Made by a program: the position numbers and the translations under genes. The notes under the pieces were generated by a model, which made no database searches, was not told where the DNA came from, and was given only the letters and a program-made list of their open reading frames with translations. Of a stretch of 47,071 bases of DNA, positions 36,516-45,573 are shown piece after piece; position 1 is the first letter of the stretch, and each line of letters opens with the position of its first letter. Where the stretch lies: contig JAAYZZ010000015.1 of assembly GCA_012514595.1 (NCBI GenBank), positions 1-47,071 of the forward strand, read 5' to 3'. Origin of the DNA: Elusimicrobiota bacterium. GTDB lineage: Bacteria > Omnitrophota > Gorgyraeia > Zapsychrales > Fredricksoniimonadaceae.

Positions 36516-37598
36516 TCAAAGGTCTTTGATGAGGGCCCGATCAATGACCGCGCCGCCCAAGACCCTGTCCCCGTCATAGAGAACGACCGATTGCCCCGGG
36601 GTCACGGCCGGCTGCGGCTCGCGAAAGAGAACCCGCAATCTTCCTTCGGAAAGGAATGTCACGGTCCCCCGGACTTCGAAAGGATTATAGCGTATCTTGA
36701 GGTCCGCTTCGATGGTTTCTTTGGGAAAATCAGCACCCAGCCAATTGAGGCCCGAGGCCTCCAGCCCCCCAGAAAGAAGGTGCTCCCGGGGGCCGACAAA
36801 GACCTTATTTTCTGCCGGATCGATGAGGAACACATAGGCCGGGTATCCGAGCGCGATCCCCAGGCCCTCCCGCTGTCCGACGGTATAGTGTCCGATCCCC
36901 CGGTGCTGACCCACCACCTTTCCCGTGTGATCCAGGAAATCGCCGGGACGCCCCGGATCCGCCCCGCGGGACGCCAGAAGGTCCTGATATCTTCCGCCGG
37001 GGACAAAACAGATGTCCTGGCTCTCCGGCTTCTCGGCCACCGGAAGTTTGTAACGCCACGCCAGGCCGCGCACCTCATCTTTCTGAGATCCGCCGAGAGG
37101 AAAAAGAACCCGCGAAAGAAGGTTCCGAGGGATCCCGTGAAGAAAATACGACTGGTCCTTGCGCGGGTCCCGGCCCTTCTTGAGCGCCCACCCATCGGAC
37201 TCCTGTTCGATCCGGGCATAATGCCCGGTGGCGAGATGTGTGCCCCCGAGCTTTTGAACATCCCGCCAGAGACGGTCGAACTTGAGACGCGTGTTGCATC
37301 GCACGCACGGATTGGGCGTCCGGCCCTTTTGGTACTCGGCGACAAAATCGCGGATGACCGCCTCCTCGAGGGCATCGCCGTAATTGAGGACATGATGCGC
37401 GATCCCCAAAGCCTTCGCGACCCGACGGGCGTCCTCGATGGATTCCAGCCCGCAGCAGCGCGGGCGTCCGTGGCCCGTTCCTTCGGGAAGCTCGAAACAC
37501 ATCGTCACCCCCGCGACCTCATGCCCCTCTTCTTTAAGAAGCGCGGCCGCGACCGAGGAATCCACCCCGCCGGACATCGCAACAAAGACTTTCTTCAT
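36516..37598 (-). CDS. mnmA: tRNA 2-thiouridine(34) synthase MnmA
   Basis: [20 protein letters not shown]-loop, ...GRTPNPCVRCN..., ...ATGHYAR..., ...KDQSYFL... Confidence 0.95.
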   Translation of the reverse strand: MKKVFVAMSGGVDSSVAAALLKEEGHEVAGVTMCFELPEGTGHGRPRCCGLESIEDARRVAKALGIAHHVLNYGDALEEAVIRDFVAEYQKGRTPNPCVRCNTRLKFDRLWRDVQKLGGTHLATGHYARIEQESDGWALKKGRDPRKDQSYFLHGIPRNLLSRVLFPLGGSQKDEVRGLAWRYKLPVAEKPESQDICFVPGGRYQDLLASRGADPGRPGDFLDHTGKVVGQHRGIGHYTVGQREGLGIALGYPAYVFLIDPAENKVFVGPREHLLSGGLEASGLNWLGADFPKETIEADLKIRYNPFEVRGTVTFLSEGRLRVLFREPQPAVTPGQSVVLYDGDRVLGGAVIDRALIKDL

Positions 37599-39730
37599 CC
37601 ATCAACCTCCTTCATCTCCGGGATGATGGCGGTTATCGCCCGCTCCAGAGCATTGATGAGAAGACGGATCTCCTGTCGCGTGATACTCAACGGCGGCATG
37701 AGGACGATGACGTTCCCGAGGGGGCGGAGAATGACACCAAAATCCCGGGCCTTCTCGCAGACGCGCGCGCCCACCCGGCCCTCCCAGGGGAACGGTTCTT
37801 TTGTCCGTTTATCCCTCACAAGCTCAACGCCTACCATGAACCCGCGCTGGCGGATGTCTCCGACGCAGGAAAGCGTCTTGAGACATTGGAGTTCGCTGGC
37901 CAGGAACTTGATCTTTGACTGAAGCCGCTCGATCACGCGTTCTTCCTTGAAAAGCTCGATATTCCGAAGTGCCACCGCACAGGCCAAAGGATTCCCCGTA
38001 TAGGTGTGCCCGTGAAAGAACGTCTTCATGTCCTCGTAAGGAAAGACAAAACCGTCAAAGACCCGACGGGTCGTGAGGGTCACGGCGAGCGGCAGGTAGC
38101 CCCCTGTGATCCCCTTGGCCATACAGAGAAAATCAGGGCGCACATTCTCATGCTCGCAGGCGAACATCCTGCCCGTACGGCCGAACCCGGTCGCCACCTC
38201 GTCACAGATGAGGAAGATATCGTGTCGGCGGCAGATCATCTCGAAACGCTTGAGGATCCCTTTCGGCCACATGATCATGCCCGCCGCGCCCTGCACAATA
38301 GGCTCGACCACCAGCGCCGCGATCTTCGCATGGTCTCTTTCCACCATACGCTCAAAACGGTCCAGTGCCCCCGCCCAGTCCTGGTCGCGATACCCGTCGG
38401 GCATCTCCACGCGAATGGTCCGGAAGATCAACTTTCGATACACCTTGTGGAAAAGGTCGATCCCGCCGATGCTCACACTGCCCAACGTGTCGCCGTGATA
38501 GGAATTGGCCAGATGCGCGATCCCGATCTTCCTTGTCCGCCCGATATTCTGCCAGTACTGATACGCCATCTTGACCGCGATCTCGACGGAAGTGGAGCCG
38601 TTGTCGGAATAAAAGACCTTCTCCAGGCCCCTGGGCGCGATCTCGATCAGCCTCTTCGCCAGACCGATCGCCGGAGTGTTGGAAAGTCCGAGCATGGTCG
38701 AGTGGGCGATCTTGCCGGCCTGCGCCTTGAGGGCCTCGTCAAGCTCCCTCTTGCGGTGTCCGTGCACCGTGACCCACAGGCTCGAGACCCCGTCGAGATA
38801 GCGACGGCCCTGGGCGTCAATAAGATACGATCCCTCGCCGCGGTCAATGACCAGAGGCTCACCCGCGACCCAGTCCTTCATCTGCGTGAACGGATGCCAG
38901 ACATACTGTTTGTCCCAACGGGCAAGGAGATCGGGCCGGGTGACCCCGGAGGCGGGGCCTCTGGTCGCCCACAGGCCCTTGGCCGAGGACGAACGGGGTG
39001 CCGCAGGGGGCAGGACCCGGCCCCAGAGCGGTCTGACATCGATCATCCGTCGAGAGTTTACGCACACCGAACGCTCATCAAAGCGCGTGAGATGCGGCAC
39101 CGTGCCCAGGACCGCAACGCCTGAAAGCTCGCGGACCGCCCGAGGATTTGTCTTTTCCGAGAGCCCCCTTTTCCCGCCGGCGTCGGAAAAAAGAACGCCT
39201 GCGACCCGAAGCCCCCGGCGTCGGGCCTCGTTCACGGTCAAAAGCGAGTGATTGATGGTCCCCAACCCCAGACGCGAAACAAGGACAAGGTCCGCATCGA
39301 TATCCCGCGCAAGGTCTGCCATGAGATAATTCCCGACGATGGGAACGAGGAGTCCTCCCGCCCCTTCGACGAGGACAATGTCATAACGGGAACGGATCAC
39401 ATCAAGCGCCTTTTTGATCCGCGGGATGCGGACCCGCACACCCTGCCGCCGGAACGCCAGATGCGGGGATAAAGGCTCGGGCGCGAAATACGGGTTGATC
39501 TCCCGCAGATCATCTTCAAGGCCCAAATGCCTCTTGAGGAATTCAGCATCCCCGACACCCGACTGGACAGGTTTGAAGACCCCAACGGAGGCCCCCTTCT
39601 CTCTGAGCAAGGACGCCAGAGCAAGGACCGCCATGGTCTTTCCCACCCCTGTATCTGTTCCGGCGAGGAAGAAGACCCTCGACTTTTCTTTCGGCTCTTC
39701 GACCTTTAAATCCTTCGACTTTCTTCTCAT
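37595..39730 (-). CDS. bioD/bioA: Fused dethiobiotin synthase (BioD, N-terminal) / adenosylmethionine-8-amino-7-oxononanoate aminotransferase (BioA, C-terminal)
   Basis: N-terminal: [14 protein letters not shown]-loop ...[10 protein letters not shown]... C-terminal: [10 protein letters not shown]..., ...SDNGSTSVE..., ...[11 protein letters not shown]..., ...[11 protein letters not shown]... ATG 39730 forms ATGA with the bioC stop. The track's longer start is TTG 39748. Confidence 0.9.
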   Translation of the reverse strand: MRRKSKDLKVEEPKEKSRVFFLAGTDTGVGKTMAVLALASLLREKGASVGVFKPVQSGVGDAEFLKRHLGLEDDLREINPYFAPEPLSPHLAFRRQGVRVRIPRIKKALDVIRSRYDIVLVEGAGGLLVPIVGNYLMADLARDIDADLVLVSRLGLGTINHSLLTVNEARRRGLRVAGVLFSDAGGKRGLSEKTNPRAVRELSGVAVLGTVPHLTRFDERSVCVNSRRMIDVRPLWGRVLPPAAPRSSSAKGLWATRGPASGVTRPDLLARWDKQYVWHPFTQMKDWVAGEPLVIDRGEGSYLIDAQGRRYLDGVSSLWVTVHGHRKRELDEALKAQAGKIAHSTMLGLSNTPAIGLAKRLIEIAPRGLEKVFYSDNGSTSVEIAVKMAYQYWQNIGRTRKIGIAHLANSYHGDTLGSVSIGGIDLFHKVYRKLIFRTIRVEMPDGYRDQDWAGALDRFERMVERDHAKIAALVVEPIVQGAAGMIMWPKGILKRFEMICRRHDIFLICDEVATGFGRTGRMFACEHENVRPDFLCMAKGITGGYLPLAVTLTTRRVFDGFVFPYEDMKTFFHGHTYTGNPLACAVALRNIELFKEERVIERLQSKIKFLASELQCLKTLSCVGDIRQRGFMVGVELVRDKRTKEPFPWEGRVGARVCEKARDFGVILRPLGNVIVLMPPLSITRQEIRLLINALERAITAIIPEMKEVDG

Positions 39731-40515
39731 TTTCTCCCCTCGATCCAAATGACCTCGAACGTTACGCGCAGCCCCCCTTCCACGGCATACCGCGTCGCAT
39801 AATACTCTTCCGCAGCCTTGAGAACACCGCGCCCCAAGAAGGCCCCGCGCCCCAGACTGTTAGCGCCCAGACTCTTGAGCCAGATCAGGAGCGACCACAG
39901 GTCCCGGAACACCACAAGCCTCTCCTCGGAGAACACGGCGGCATCCGGAAAATCCGCCTCTTCGAGTGCCCGACGGACCTCTCTTATCGACGGGAGCCGA
40001 GAAAGAACGGACACCAACCGTCCTCCCCCGCCCGCCTTGAGGCTCTCAAAAAATTCCTGCAAGGTCTTCTCGGAGAACAGCGCGGCGCGAAAACCCCCGC
40101 CCGGGCGCAGGACCCGGCGGACCTCCCCCAGGGCCATGGCCAGGTCAGAACACCACTGCAAGGACGAGGCCGAGACCACCAGGTCGAATGTTGCATCCTC
40201 GAGAGGCAGGGCAACCGCATCCGCCTCCAGGACACGGACAGAGGCCGGAAGCGCCCTCTTCGCCTGGGCCACCATGCCCGGGGCCATATCGACACCCACC
40301 AGAGAACGGGGCCCCAACGAAAGGATCTCTTTCAAGAGCCGCCCGGTCCCGCAGCCGACATCCAAAACATCTTTCCCGGTGAGGTCCGGCAATTTCCTAA
40401 AAAGATCCCGCATCACGTCATCCTGCACGAACGCCAGACGGTCATACCCCGCCGCCGCACGCGAGAACCTTCTTTTCACATAAGCCTGGTCATGTTCCGG
40501 ACGCATGAAAGACAA
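39727..40515 (-). CDS. bioC: Malonyl-ACP O-methyltransferase BioC-like SAM methyltransferase
   Basis: ...VKRRFSRAAAGYDRLAFVQDDV...VLDVGCGTG... (SAM motif I), in bio-operon context. Start is TTG 40515 or ATG 40506. Confidence 0.75.
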   Translation of the reverse strand: MSFMRPEHDQAYVKRRFSRAAAGYDRLAFVQDDVMRDLFRKLPDLTGKDVLDVGCGTGRLLKEILSLGPRSLVGVDMAPGMVAQAKRALPASVRVLEADAVALPLEDATFDLVVSASSLQWCSDLAMALGEVRRVLRPGGGFRAALFSEKTLQEFFESLKAGGGGRLVSVLSRLPSIREVRRALEEADFPDAAVFSEERLVVFRDLWSLLIWLKSLGANSLGRGAFLGRGVLKAAEEYYATRYAVEGGLRVTFEVIWIEGRK

Positions 40516-41308
40516 ACTCCTCCAGGACCCTGTTCACATCGTCGGGAATGGTCAAAAAAAGGCCATGCCCCTTTCCCTCAAATCCGTCGAAACGCGCTCC
40601 CGGCATCTTCCCTCTTACCGCATCCATGGCCGCCACGGGACAAAGATAGTCCGCGGAACCATGGATGAGCTGGACCGGGATCTTAAGACCGTACAGAGCA
40701 TCCCGCATATCCGCCGTCTCAAGGATGTCCAGGAACGCCAGGAGCGCCCCGGTCTTCGGGAGGGGCGCCTGACGTCTCAACTCCTTGACCTTCGCGTACT
40801 GCGGGCCCTTCCGCTCGTCATCCGTCGAGAACGAACGCACGAACATGTCGAGGGCCGCGGGAAGGCTCCGCGTGATCTGTCCCGCAAGCTTCCGGATCGC
40901 GGCCGTGGTGAGCCCTGCGGGAAAATCCTCCCGCGCCACAAAACACGGCGGAGATCCGATCAAAGACAGCGAAGACACACGAGAAGAGATCCGATCGCAA
41001 AGAGCCAGCGCCACAAGCCCGCCGAAAGAACTCCCGACCAGACAGACTTTCGCGCCATTCTCCCGGTCCAGGATATCCCGGACCTCATCAGCCATTTGAG
41101 AAAGACCCTCGCCTGACCACGCCGAGGACCCGTGTCCGGGAAGGTCCACGGTGATCACCCTGGTCCTGGCCTCAAAATATTCGACCTGCCATTTCCACAG
41201 GCCGCCGAACCCCCCGAACCCGTGCAAGAAAACGATCACCGGAGAACCGCTTCCGCGAACTTCATAGGCTAAGGACATGGCCGCACCTTCCGGAACGCCG
41301 TCAGACAC
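40490..41308 (-). CDS. Alpha/beta-hydrolase, candidate pimeloyl-ACP methyl ester esterase (BioH-type role)
   Basis: ...VIVFLHGFGG..., nucleophile elbow GSSFGG, and a C-terminal ...GHGLF... His. Sits between bioF and bioC. Alternative start at ATG 41278. Confidence 0.65.
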   Translation of the reverse strand: MSDGVPEGAAMSLAYEVRGSGSPVIVFLHGFGGFGGLWKWQVEYFEARTRVITVDLPGHGSSAWSGEGLSQMADEVRDILDRENGAKVCLVGSSFGGLVALALCDRISSRVSSLSLIGSPPCFVAREDFPAGLTTAAIRKLAGQITRSLPAALDMFVRSFSTDDERKGPQYAKVKELRRQAPLPKTGALLAFLDILETADMRDALYGLKIPVQLIHGSADYLCPVAAMDAVRGKMPGARFDGFEGKGHGLFLTIPDDVNRVLEEFVFHASGT

Positions 41309-42429
41309 TGTTCGATATCCTCATCCCGATGGGCGGCGGTCACGGTCAAGCGAAGTCGGGCGGTCCCCTCCGGCACCGTCGGGGGACGGATCGCTTGAGC
41401 AAAGATCCCTTCCGAAAGAAGTCTGGCCGAGAAGGCCACCGTCTCCGGAGTTCCGCCGATCATAACAGGGATGATCGGTGTGACACTGGCCATCGTGTTG
41501 AACCCCATATCGCGCAAACCCTGACGCAGTCTTCCCGCGTGCCGCGCCAGGATCTCCCGGCGTTCGGGTTCGGCCTGAATGATCCGCAGCGCCTCCCGAA
41601 GCCCTCCCGCGATCGCCGGGGGCATGGACGTCGTATAAATAAAACTGCGGGCGGCATTGATCAGATGATCGATGAGCTCGCGCTTCCCCGCGCAGTAGGC
41701 CCCGCTCCCGCCCGCCGCCTTGGACAGCGTCCCCATCTGCACTTCAACAGAATCGTTGAGGCCGAGCAGGTCGACAAGCCCTCCGCCTGACGGGCCCAGA
41801 ATGCCGAAGGCATGGGCCTCATCGACCATGACCCAGGCCCTGTACCTCTTTGCCAACTCCACGATGTCAGACAAGGGCGCGATATCCCCGTCCATACTGA
41901 AGACCGTGTCGGTCACGATCAGTCTCCGGCGAAAGCTCCCCGTTCTCTGAAGAACCCCCTCCAAAGCCCCGACATTCGCGTGGGCATAGCGCAAGTGCTC
42001 GGCCCGGCTGAGCAGGATCCCATCCGTGAGGGAGGCATGGTTGAGCCGATCCGAGATCACGACATCCTCCCGTCCGCAAAGGGCCGGAATGATCCCGCCG
42101 TTCGCCATATAACCCGACGGGAAAAGAAGCGCCGCCTCCGTACCCTTAAAGGCCGCGATCTCGCGTTCGAGGAGAAGATGTTCGTCCATGCTCCCCGAGA
42201 TGAGGCGCGACGCCCCGGCCCCAAACCCGCGGCGCCGAAGCACCTCCACCGCCGCCTCAACGACCCGCACGTCAGAGGCCAGTCCCAAATAATCGTTCGA
42301 GGAGAAGTTGAGGACCTTCTGGCCCTCGAGAAAGATCTCCCGCCCTTGGGGGGAGGACACCTCCCGCAGGGACCGCAGGGTCCCCCGTGAAAGCAGGCGC
42401 TCCAAGGACTGTCGCAGGGTCTTGATCAT
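41269..42429 (-). CDS. bioF: 8-amino-7-oxononanoate synthase
   Basis: ...NFSSNDYLGLA..., ...DEAHAFGILG..., ...GTLSKAAG... (PLP Lys). ATGA overlap with the birA stop. Confidence 0.9.
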   Translation of the reverse strand: MIKTLRQSLERLLSRGTLRSLREVSSPQGREIFLEGQKVLNFSSNDYLGLASDVRVVEAAVEVLRRRGFGAGASRLISGSMDEHLLLEREIAAFKGTEAALLFPSGYMANGGIIPALCGREDVVISDRLNHASLTDGILLSRAEHLRYAHANVGALEGVLQRTGSFRRRLIVTDTVFSMDGDIAPLSDIVELAKRYRAWVMVDEAHAFGILGPSGGGLVDLLGLNDSVEVQMGTLSKAAGGSGAYCAGKRELIDHLINAARSFIYTTSMPPAIAGGLREALRIIQAEPERREILARHAGRLRQGLRDMGFNTMASVTPIIPVMIGGTPETVAFSARLLSEGIFAQAIRPPTVPEGTARLRLTVTAAHRDEDIEQCLTAFRKVRPCP

Positions 42430-43376
42430 AACAGCACCTCCCCGGATATTCTTTTGACAACGGTCCCGTCGGAAAGTTCCACAAGAAGGCCGCCGTCATC
42501 GGCCAAACCCACGGCCTTTCCGCTCACGTTCCGGCCCCTGTCCTCGAAATGAACTCTTTGTCCGAGCGTGGCCGAACGTTCCCGCCAGACCTTCAGGACC
42601 TCCGCGAACCCGTTCTTTCCGGCGAGAGAATACCACTTTTCAAGGATCCGAAGCATCTCCTGCAAGAGGGCGACGCGGGAAAGAGAACACGCCGCCGCCT
42701 CCTCAAGCGCGATCGCCTCGGGAGGAAGGCTTCCGCTGCGGGCCTGGATGTTCGCACCGATCCCCAGGACCACGAAATCCACGCGGTCCATCTCGGCCCT
42801 CATCTCGGTCAGGATCCCGACGACCTTCTTCTTTCCGAACAAAAGATCATTCGGCCATTTGATGAGAAGCCTGACGCCCGATACGGCCTCAACGGCCTCG
42901 CTGACCGCCACCGCGGCCAGGAGCGTCAAACGCGGGATCTCGGCGAGAGGACAGGACGGACGAAGGATCAAAGAAAAATAAAGGCCCTTTCCCTTGGGCG
43001 AGACCCACGACCGCCCCAGGCGTCCCCTCCCCCTGGTCTGGGCCTCGGCGATGACAATGGTCCCCTCAGGCGCCCCCTCTCCGGCCAGACGAAACGCCTC
43101 ATCCATAGTGGAGGGCAGGGTCTCAAAATGATGGACATGCCTTCCCAAGACCCGCGTGCCCAAATGGAACTGGACCTCGGCAGACGACACCTTATCGGGC
43201 ACGGAGGCCAGACGATACCCTCGCCGGGAGACGGCCTCGATCGCATATCCCTCCTGACGCAAAGCCTCAACGGCTTTCCAGACGGCCGCCCGGCTGACCT
43301 GAAGCGCTCGACTGATCCGTTGCCCCGAGACGAAGGCCTGCTCCGCCCTCAACATCTGAAGGATCTTTTCTTTCAT
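42426..43376 (-). CDS. birA: Bifunctional biotin--[acetyl-CoA-carboxylase] ligase / bio operon repressor BirA
   Basis: N-terminal winged HTH (FVSGQRISRALQVSRAAVWKAVEALRQEGYAIE) plus the ligase core ...GRGRLGRSW...KWPNDLL...GIGAN... Confidence 0.9.
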   Translation of the reverse strand: MKEKILQMLRAEQAFVSGQRISRALQVSRAAVWKAVEALRQEGYAIEAVSRRGYRLASVPDKVSSAEVQFHLGTRVLGRHVHHFETLPSTMDEAFRLAGEGAPEGTIVIAEAQTRGRGRLGRSWVSPKGKGLYFSLILRPSCPLAEIPRLTLLAAVAVSEAVEAVSGVRLLIKWPNDLLFGKKKVVGILTEMRAEMDRVDFVVLGIGANIQARSGSLPPEAIALEEAAACSLSRVALLQEMLRILEKWYSLAGKNGFAEVLKVWRERSATLGQRVHFEDRGRNVSGKAVGLADDGGLLVELSDGTVVKRISGEVLL

Positions 43377-43384
43377 ACGAGCCC

Positions 43385-43413
43385 ATCTTAAAGAAGCGCA
43401 TCCGTATTGTCAA
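43385..43413 (-). promoter_or_regulatory. Candidate sigma70 promoter of the birA-bio operon
   Basis: Minus strand reads TTGACA (43408-43413)-N17-TAAGAT (43385-43390). The birA ATG begins 9 nt after the -10. Confidence 0.5.
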
Positions 43414-43440
43414 CCTTGTAACAAAAAGAAGGTTGACAAT
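43406..43440. promoter_or_regulatory. bioO: BirA operator (bioO)
   Basis: Perfect 12-bp inverted repeat ATTGTCAACCTT-N11-AAGGTTGACAAT. Half-sites TTGTCAACC / GGTTGACAA with a 15-nt spacer match the known TGT(A/C)AACC-N15-GGTT(T/G)ACA BirA-box architecture. The left arm covers the -35. Confidence 0.75.
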
Positions 43441-43478
43441 AAGCCCCTCCCATAATCCCCCCTGAGAGAGCAAAAAAC

Positions 43479-43507
43479 TTGCCAAATAAAAACACGGATG
43501 CTATATT
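43479..43507 (+). promoter_or_regulatory. Candidate promoter for the tRNA-Ala/tRNA-Leu pair
   Basis: TTGCCA-N17-TATATT, about 35 nt upstream of tRNA-Ala. Confidence 0.5.
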
Positions 43508-43541
43508 GCTCTCCGCTCTTTTCCTGTTTCGCACAATTTTT

Positions 43542-43615
43542 GGGGCAGTAGCTCAGTTTGGGAGAGCACTTGAATGGCATTCAAGAGGTCGAGGGTTCGA
43601 TCCCCTTCTGCTCCA
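43542..43615 (+). tRNA. tRNA-Ala: tRNA-Ala (anticodon GGC)
   Basis: Acceptor GGGGCAG/CTGCTCC with the G3:U70 identity pair, anticodon arm CTTGA-ATGGCAT-TCAAG, T-loop TTCGATC. No encoded CCA. Confidence 0.9.
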
Positions 43616-43700
43616 CTTTCTTTCGCCCAAAAAGATCCCGGACCCTGAACGGCACGGGAGCGCTTGAATAGCGGCCCTTCCTATCCCCCTATCAAAAGCC

Positions 43701-43783
43701 GCTGGAGTGGCGGAATGGCATACGCGTCGGTCTCAAAAACCGATGTCCTCACGGGCTTGTGGGTTCGACTCCCACCTCCAGCA
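43701..43783 (+). tRNA. tRNA-Leu: tRNA-Leu (anticodon CAA)
   Basis: Acceptor GCTGGAG/CTCCAGC, anticodon arm TCGGT-CTCAAAA-ACCGA, long variable arm, T-arm GTGGG-TTCGACT-CCCAC. 83 nt. Confidence 0.9.
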
Positions 43784-43813
43784 CTTCTTCTGATCCCTTG
43801 AGAAACAAAAAAA

Positions 43814-43847
43814 CCCGGCATCCTTATAGGATACCGGGTTTTCTTTT
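43814..43847. terminator. Bidirectional rho-independent terminator
   Basis: CCCGGCATCC-ttata-GGATACCGGG (one mismatch), flanked by an A-run upstream and TTTTCTTTT downstream. Lies between tRNA-Leu (+) and the small gene at 43865..44083 (-). Confidence 0.65.
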
Positions 43848-43864
43848 CGGAAAGATCAAGGAAC

Positions 43865-44083
43865 CTACGCGGTCTTGGATTCCCCTTCGGCAGCTGCCGC
43901 AGCGGCCTTGGCCTCTTCGGCCTGCTTGGCCTTCTCTTCAGCCTCTTTCTTGGCCTGAGCCGCCCAAGCAGACTTGTTCGCGTAATATTTCCCGTTACGA
44001 TAATAGCGGGTCTTGCGCTTGATCGCCTTACCTGTCCCCGCGCACTTGAATTTCCACTCGTTCTCTGGTTTTACCTTACCCAT
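43865..44083 (-). CDS. 72-aa basic protein with Ala/Glu/Lys-rich tail, unknown family
   Basis: MGKVKPENEWKFKCAGTGKAIKRKTRYYRNGKYYANKSAW... SD-like GAGG and AAGGAG upstream, its own extended -10 promoter, and a terminator. Confidence 0.55.
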   Translation of the reverse strand: MGKVKPENEWKFKCAGTGKAIKRKTRYYRNGKYYANKSAWAAQAKKEAEEKAKQAEEAKAAAAAAEGESKTA

Positions 44084-44154
44084 ACGACCTCATGCTCCTT
44101 TCGTGAGTCCCGGCTTTCTCCGGAAAAACAAATATCCCTTGAAGAATGGCGGGC

Positions 44155-44163
44155 ATTATAACA
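44155..44163 (-). promoter_or_regulatory. Extended -10 element (TGTTATAAT) for the 72-aa gene
   Basis: Minus strand reads TGT-TATAAT. A divergent plus-strand TTGAAG-N17-CATAAT (44139-44167) overlaps it. Confidence 0.45.
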
Positions 44164-44209
44164 TAATCACTTTTATCAACAACAGATTTTTTCAACCGAG
44201 GAGAATTCC

Positions 44210-44521
44210 ATGCGCTTGGCCATTTTCCTGCTCTCTTTGACCATCATCCTCCCCTCGTTTTCTTTTTCTCAGGACGCAGACACCCCCCCTCCTTCCGAAT
44301 TCGACGCGATCCAGTCCCGGATCCTGGGAGACCCCCAGATCATGCAGGACATTCAGGACATGGCTTCAGACCCCGAGATCATTGCGCTTATCAGCGATGC
44401 CTCATTCCTCACGGCGGCCCAGAATAAAGACTTCGCCGCACTGGAGACAAACCCCAAGACCGCCGCACTCCTCAACAATCCTAAAGTGCAGCGCCTGATC
44501 AAGAAACTTCAAGGCCCGTAA
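44210..44521 (+). CDS. Small secreted protein with STI1/DP-like helical repeats
   Basis: Signal peptide MRLAIFLLSLTIILPSFSFS, then DPQIMQDIQDMASDPEIIALI...NPKTAALLNNPKVQRLIKKL. RBS GAGGAG lies before ATG 44210. Confidence 0.6.
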   Translation: MRLAIFLLSLTIILPSFSFSQDADTPPPSEFDAIQSRILGDPQIMQDIQDMASDPEIIALISDASFLTAAQNKDFAALETNPKTAALLNNPKVQRLIKKLQGP

Positions 44522-44522
44522 T

Positions 44523-45560
44523 TCACCCGACCCTTCCACGCTTCTGAAGACCATGCCGCAACTGCCCGCACGCCGCGGAGATATCCCTTCCTCTGGGCGT
44601 TCGGTGGGTCACAGGAACACCCGCAGACCTCAAGGCCCTCTCAAATCCGGTCCGTTCTTCCTCTGCCGCCGGCTGAAAAGGGAATTCCGCGACCGGATTA
44701 TAAGGGATCAGATTGACCTTGCAAAGCCATCCCTGTAAAAGCCCGGACAATTCCTGGGCCGCCCGGGGAGTGCACGTCAAATCCCGAATTCCGATATATT
44801 CAAAAGTGACCTGCCGGCGGGTCTTGAGGGCGTACTCCCGACAGGCCGCGATCAGATCCTTCAGAGGATATTTCTTATTCACAGGCATGAGACACGAACG
44901 CAAGCGGTCATTGGATGCATGAAGCGAGACCGAGAGCTCCAGCTGAAGACCGCTTTGGGCCATGGCCTTGATCCCCGGCACGACCCCGCAGGTCGAGATC
45001 GTGATCCGGCGGGCCGCGATCCCGAAGGCCTCCGGCGCGTTCAGAATCCGCACGGCCTTAAAAACATTTTCTGCATTGTCGAACGGCTCCCCCACCCCCA
45101 TAAAAACAATATGCGTGATGATTTGAGGGCGCACGGCCCGCATCGCCTGAAGGACCTGGGCGATGATCTCTCCCGTCGACAGATTGCGCTTCCACCCCCC
45201 CAGACCGCTGGCACAGAAACCGCAGCCGAACTTGCACCCCGCCTGGGAGGAGATGCAAAGGGTCGCATGCCCCCGCATGGGAATAAAGACCGATTCAATC
45301 CTTTGCCCATCAGAAAGTTCCCAAAGGAACTTAATCGTTCCATCCCGGGAGACCTGCCGCTGGCCCTCGATGAGGACAGGAAAGGGAAGATGCCCCCCCA
45401 ACAAATCCCGCAGGGGCTTGGGAAGCGAGGTCATCAGCGTCGGATCAACGATCTGCTTGTGATAAATCCATTCGAAGACCTGGCGGGCACGATAGGCCGG
45501 GTGCCCTTCCCCGACCAGATGGGCGGAAAGCTCCTCAACGGACAGGCTCAAAATATCCAT
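44523..45560 (-). CDS. rlmN: 23S rRNA/tRNA (adenine-C2)-methyltransferase RlmN (radical SAM)
   Basis: ...YRARQVFEWIY..., radical-SAM CKFGCGFC, ...GVGEP..., ...SLHA... Start set to ATG 45560, 13 nt after the accA stop. Confidence 0.9.
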   Translation of the reverse strand: MDILSLSVEELSAHLVGEGHPAYRARQVFEWIYHKQIVDPTLMTSLPKPLRDLLGGHLPFPVLIEGQRQVSRDGTIKFLWELSDGQRIESVFIPMRGHATLCISSQAGCKFGCGFCASGLGGWKRNLSTGEIIAQVLQAMRAVRPQIITHIVFMGVGEPFDNAENVFKAVRILNAPEAFGIAARRITISTCGVVPGIKAMAQSGLQLELSVSLHASNDRLRSCLMPVNKKYPLKDLIAACREYALKTRRQVTFEYIGIRDLTCTPRAAQELSGLLQGWLCKVNLIPYNPVAEFPFQPAAEEERTGFERALRSAGVPVTHRTPRGRDISAACGQLRHGLQKRGRVG

Positions 45561-45573
45561 AGGACGATCCGGG

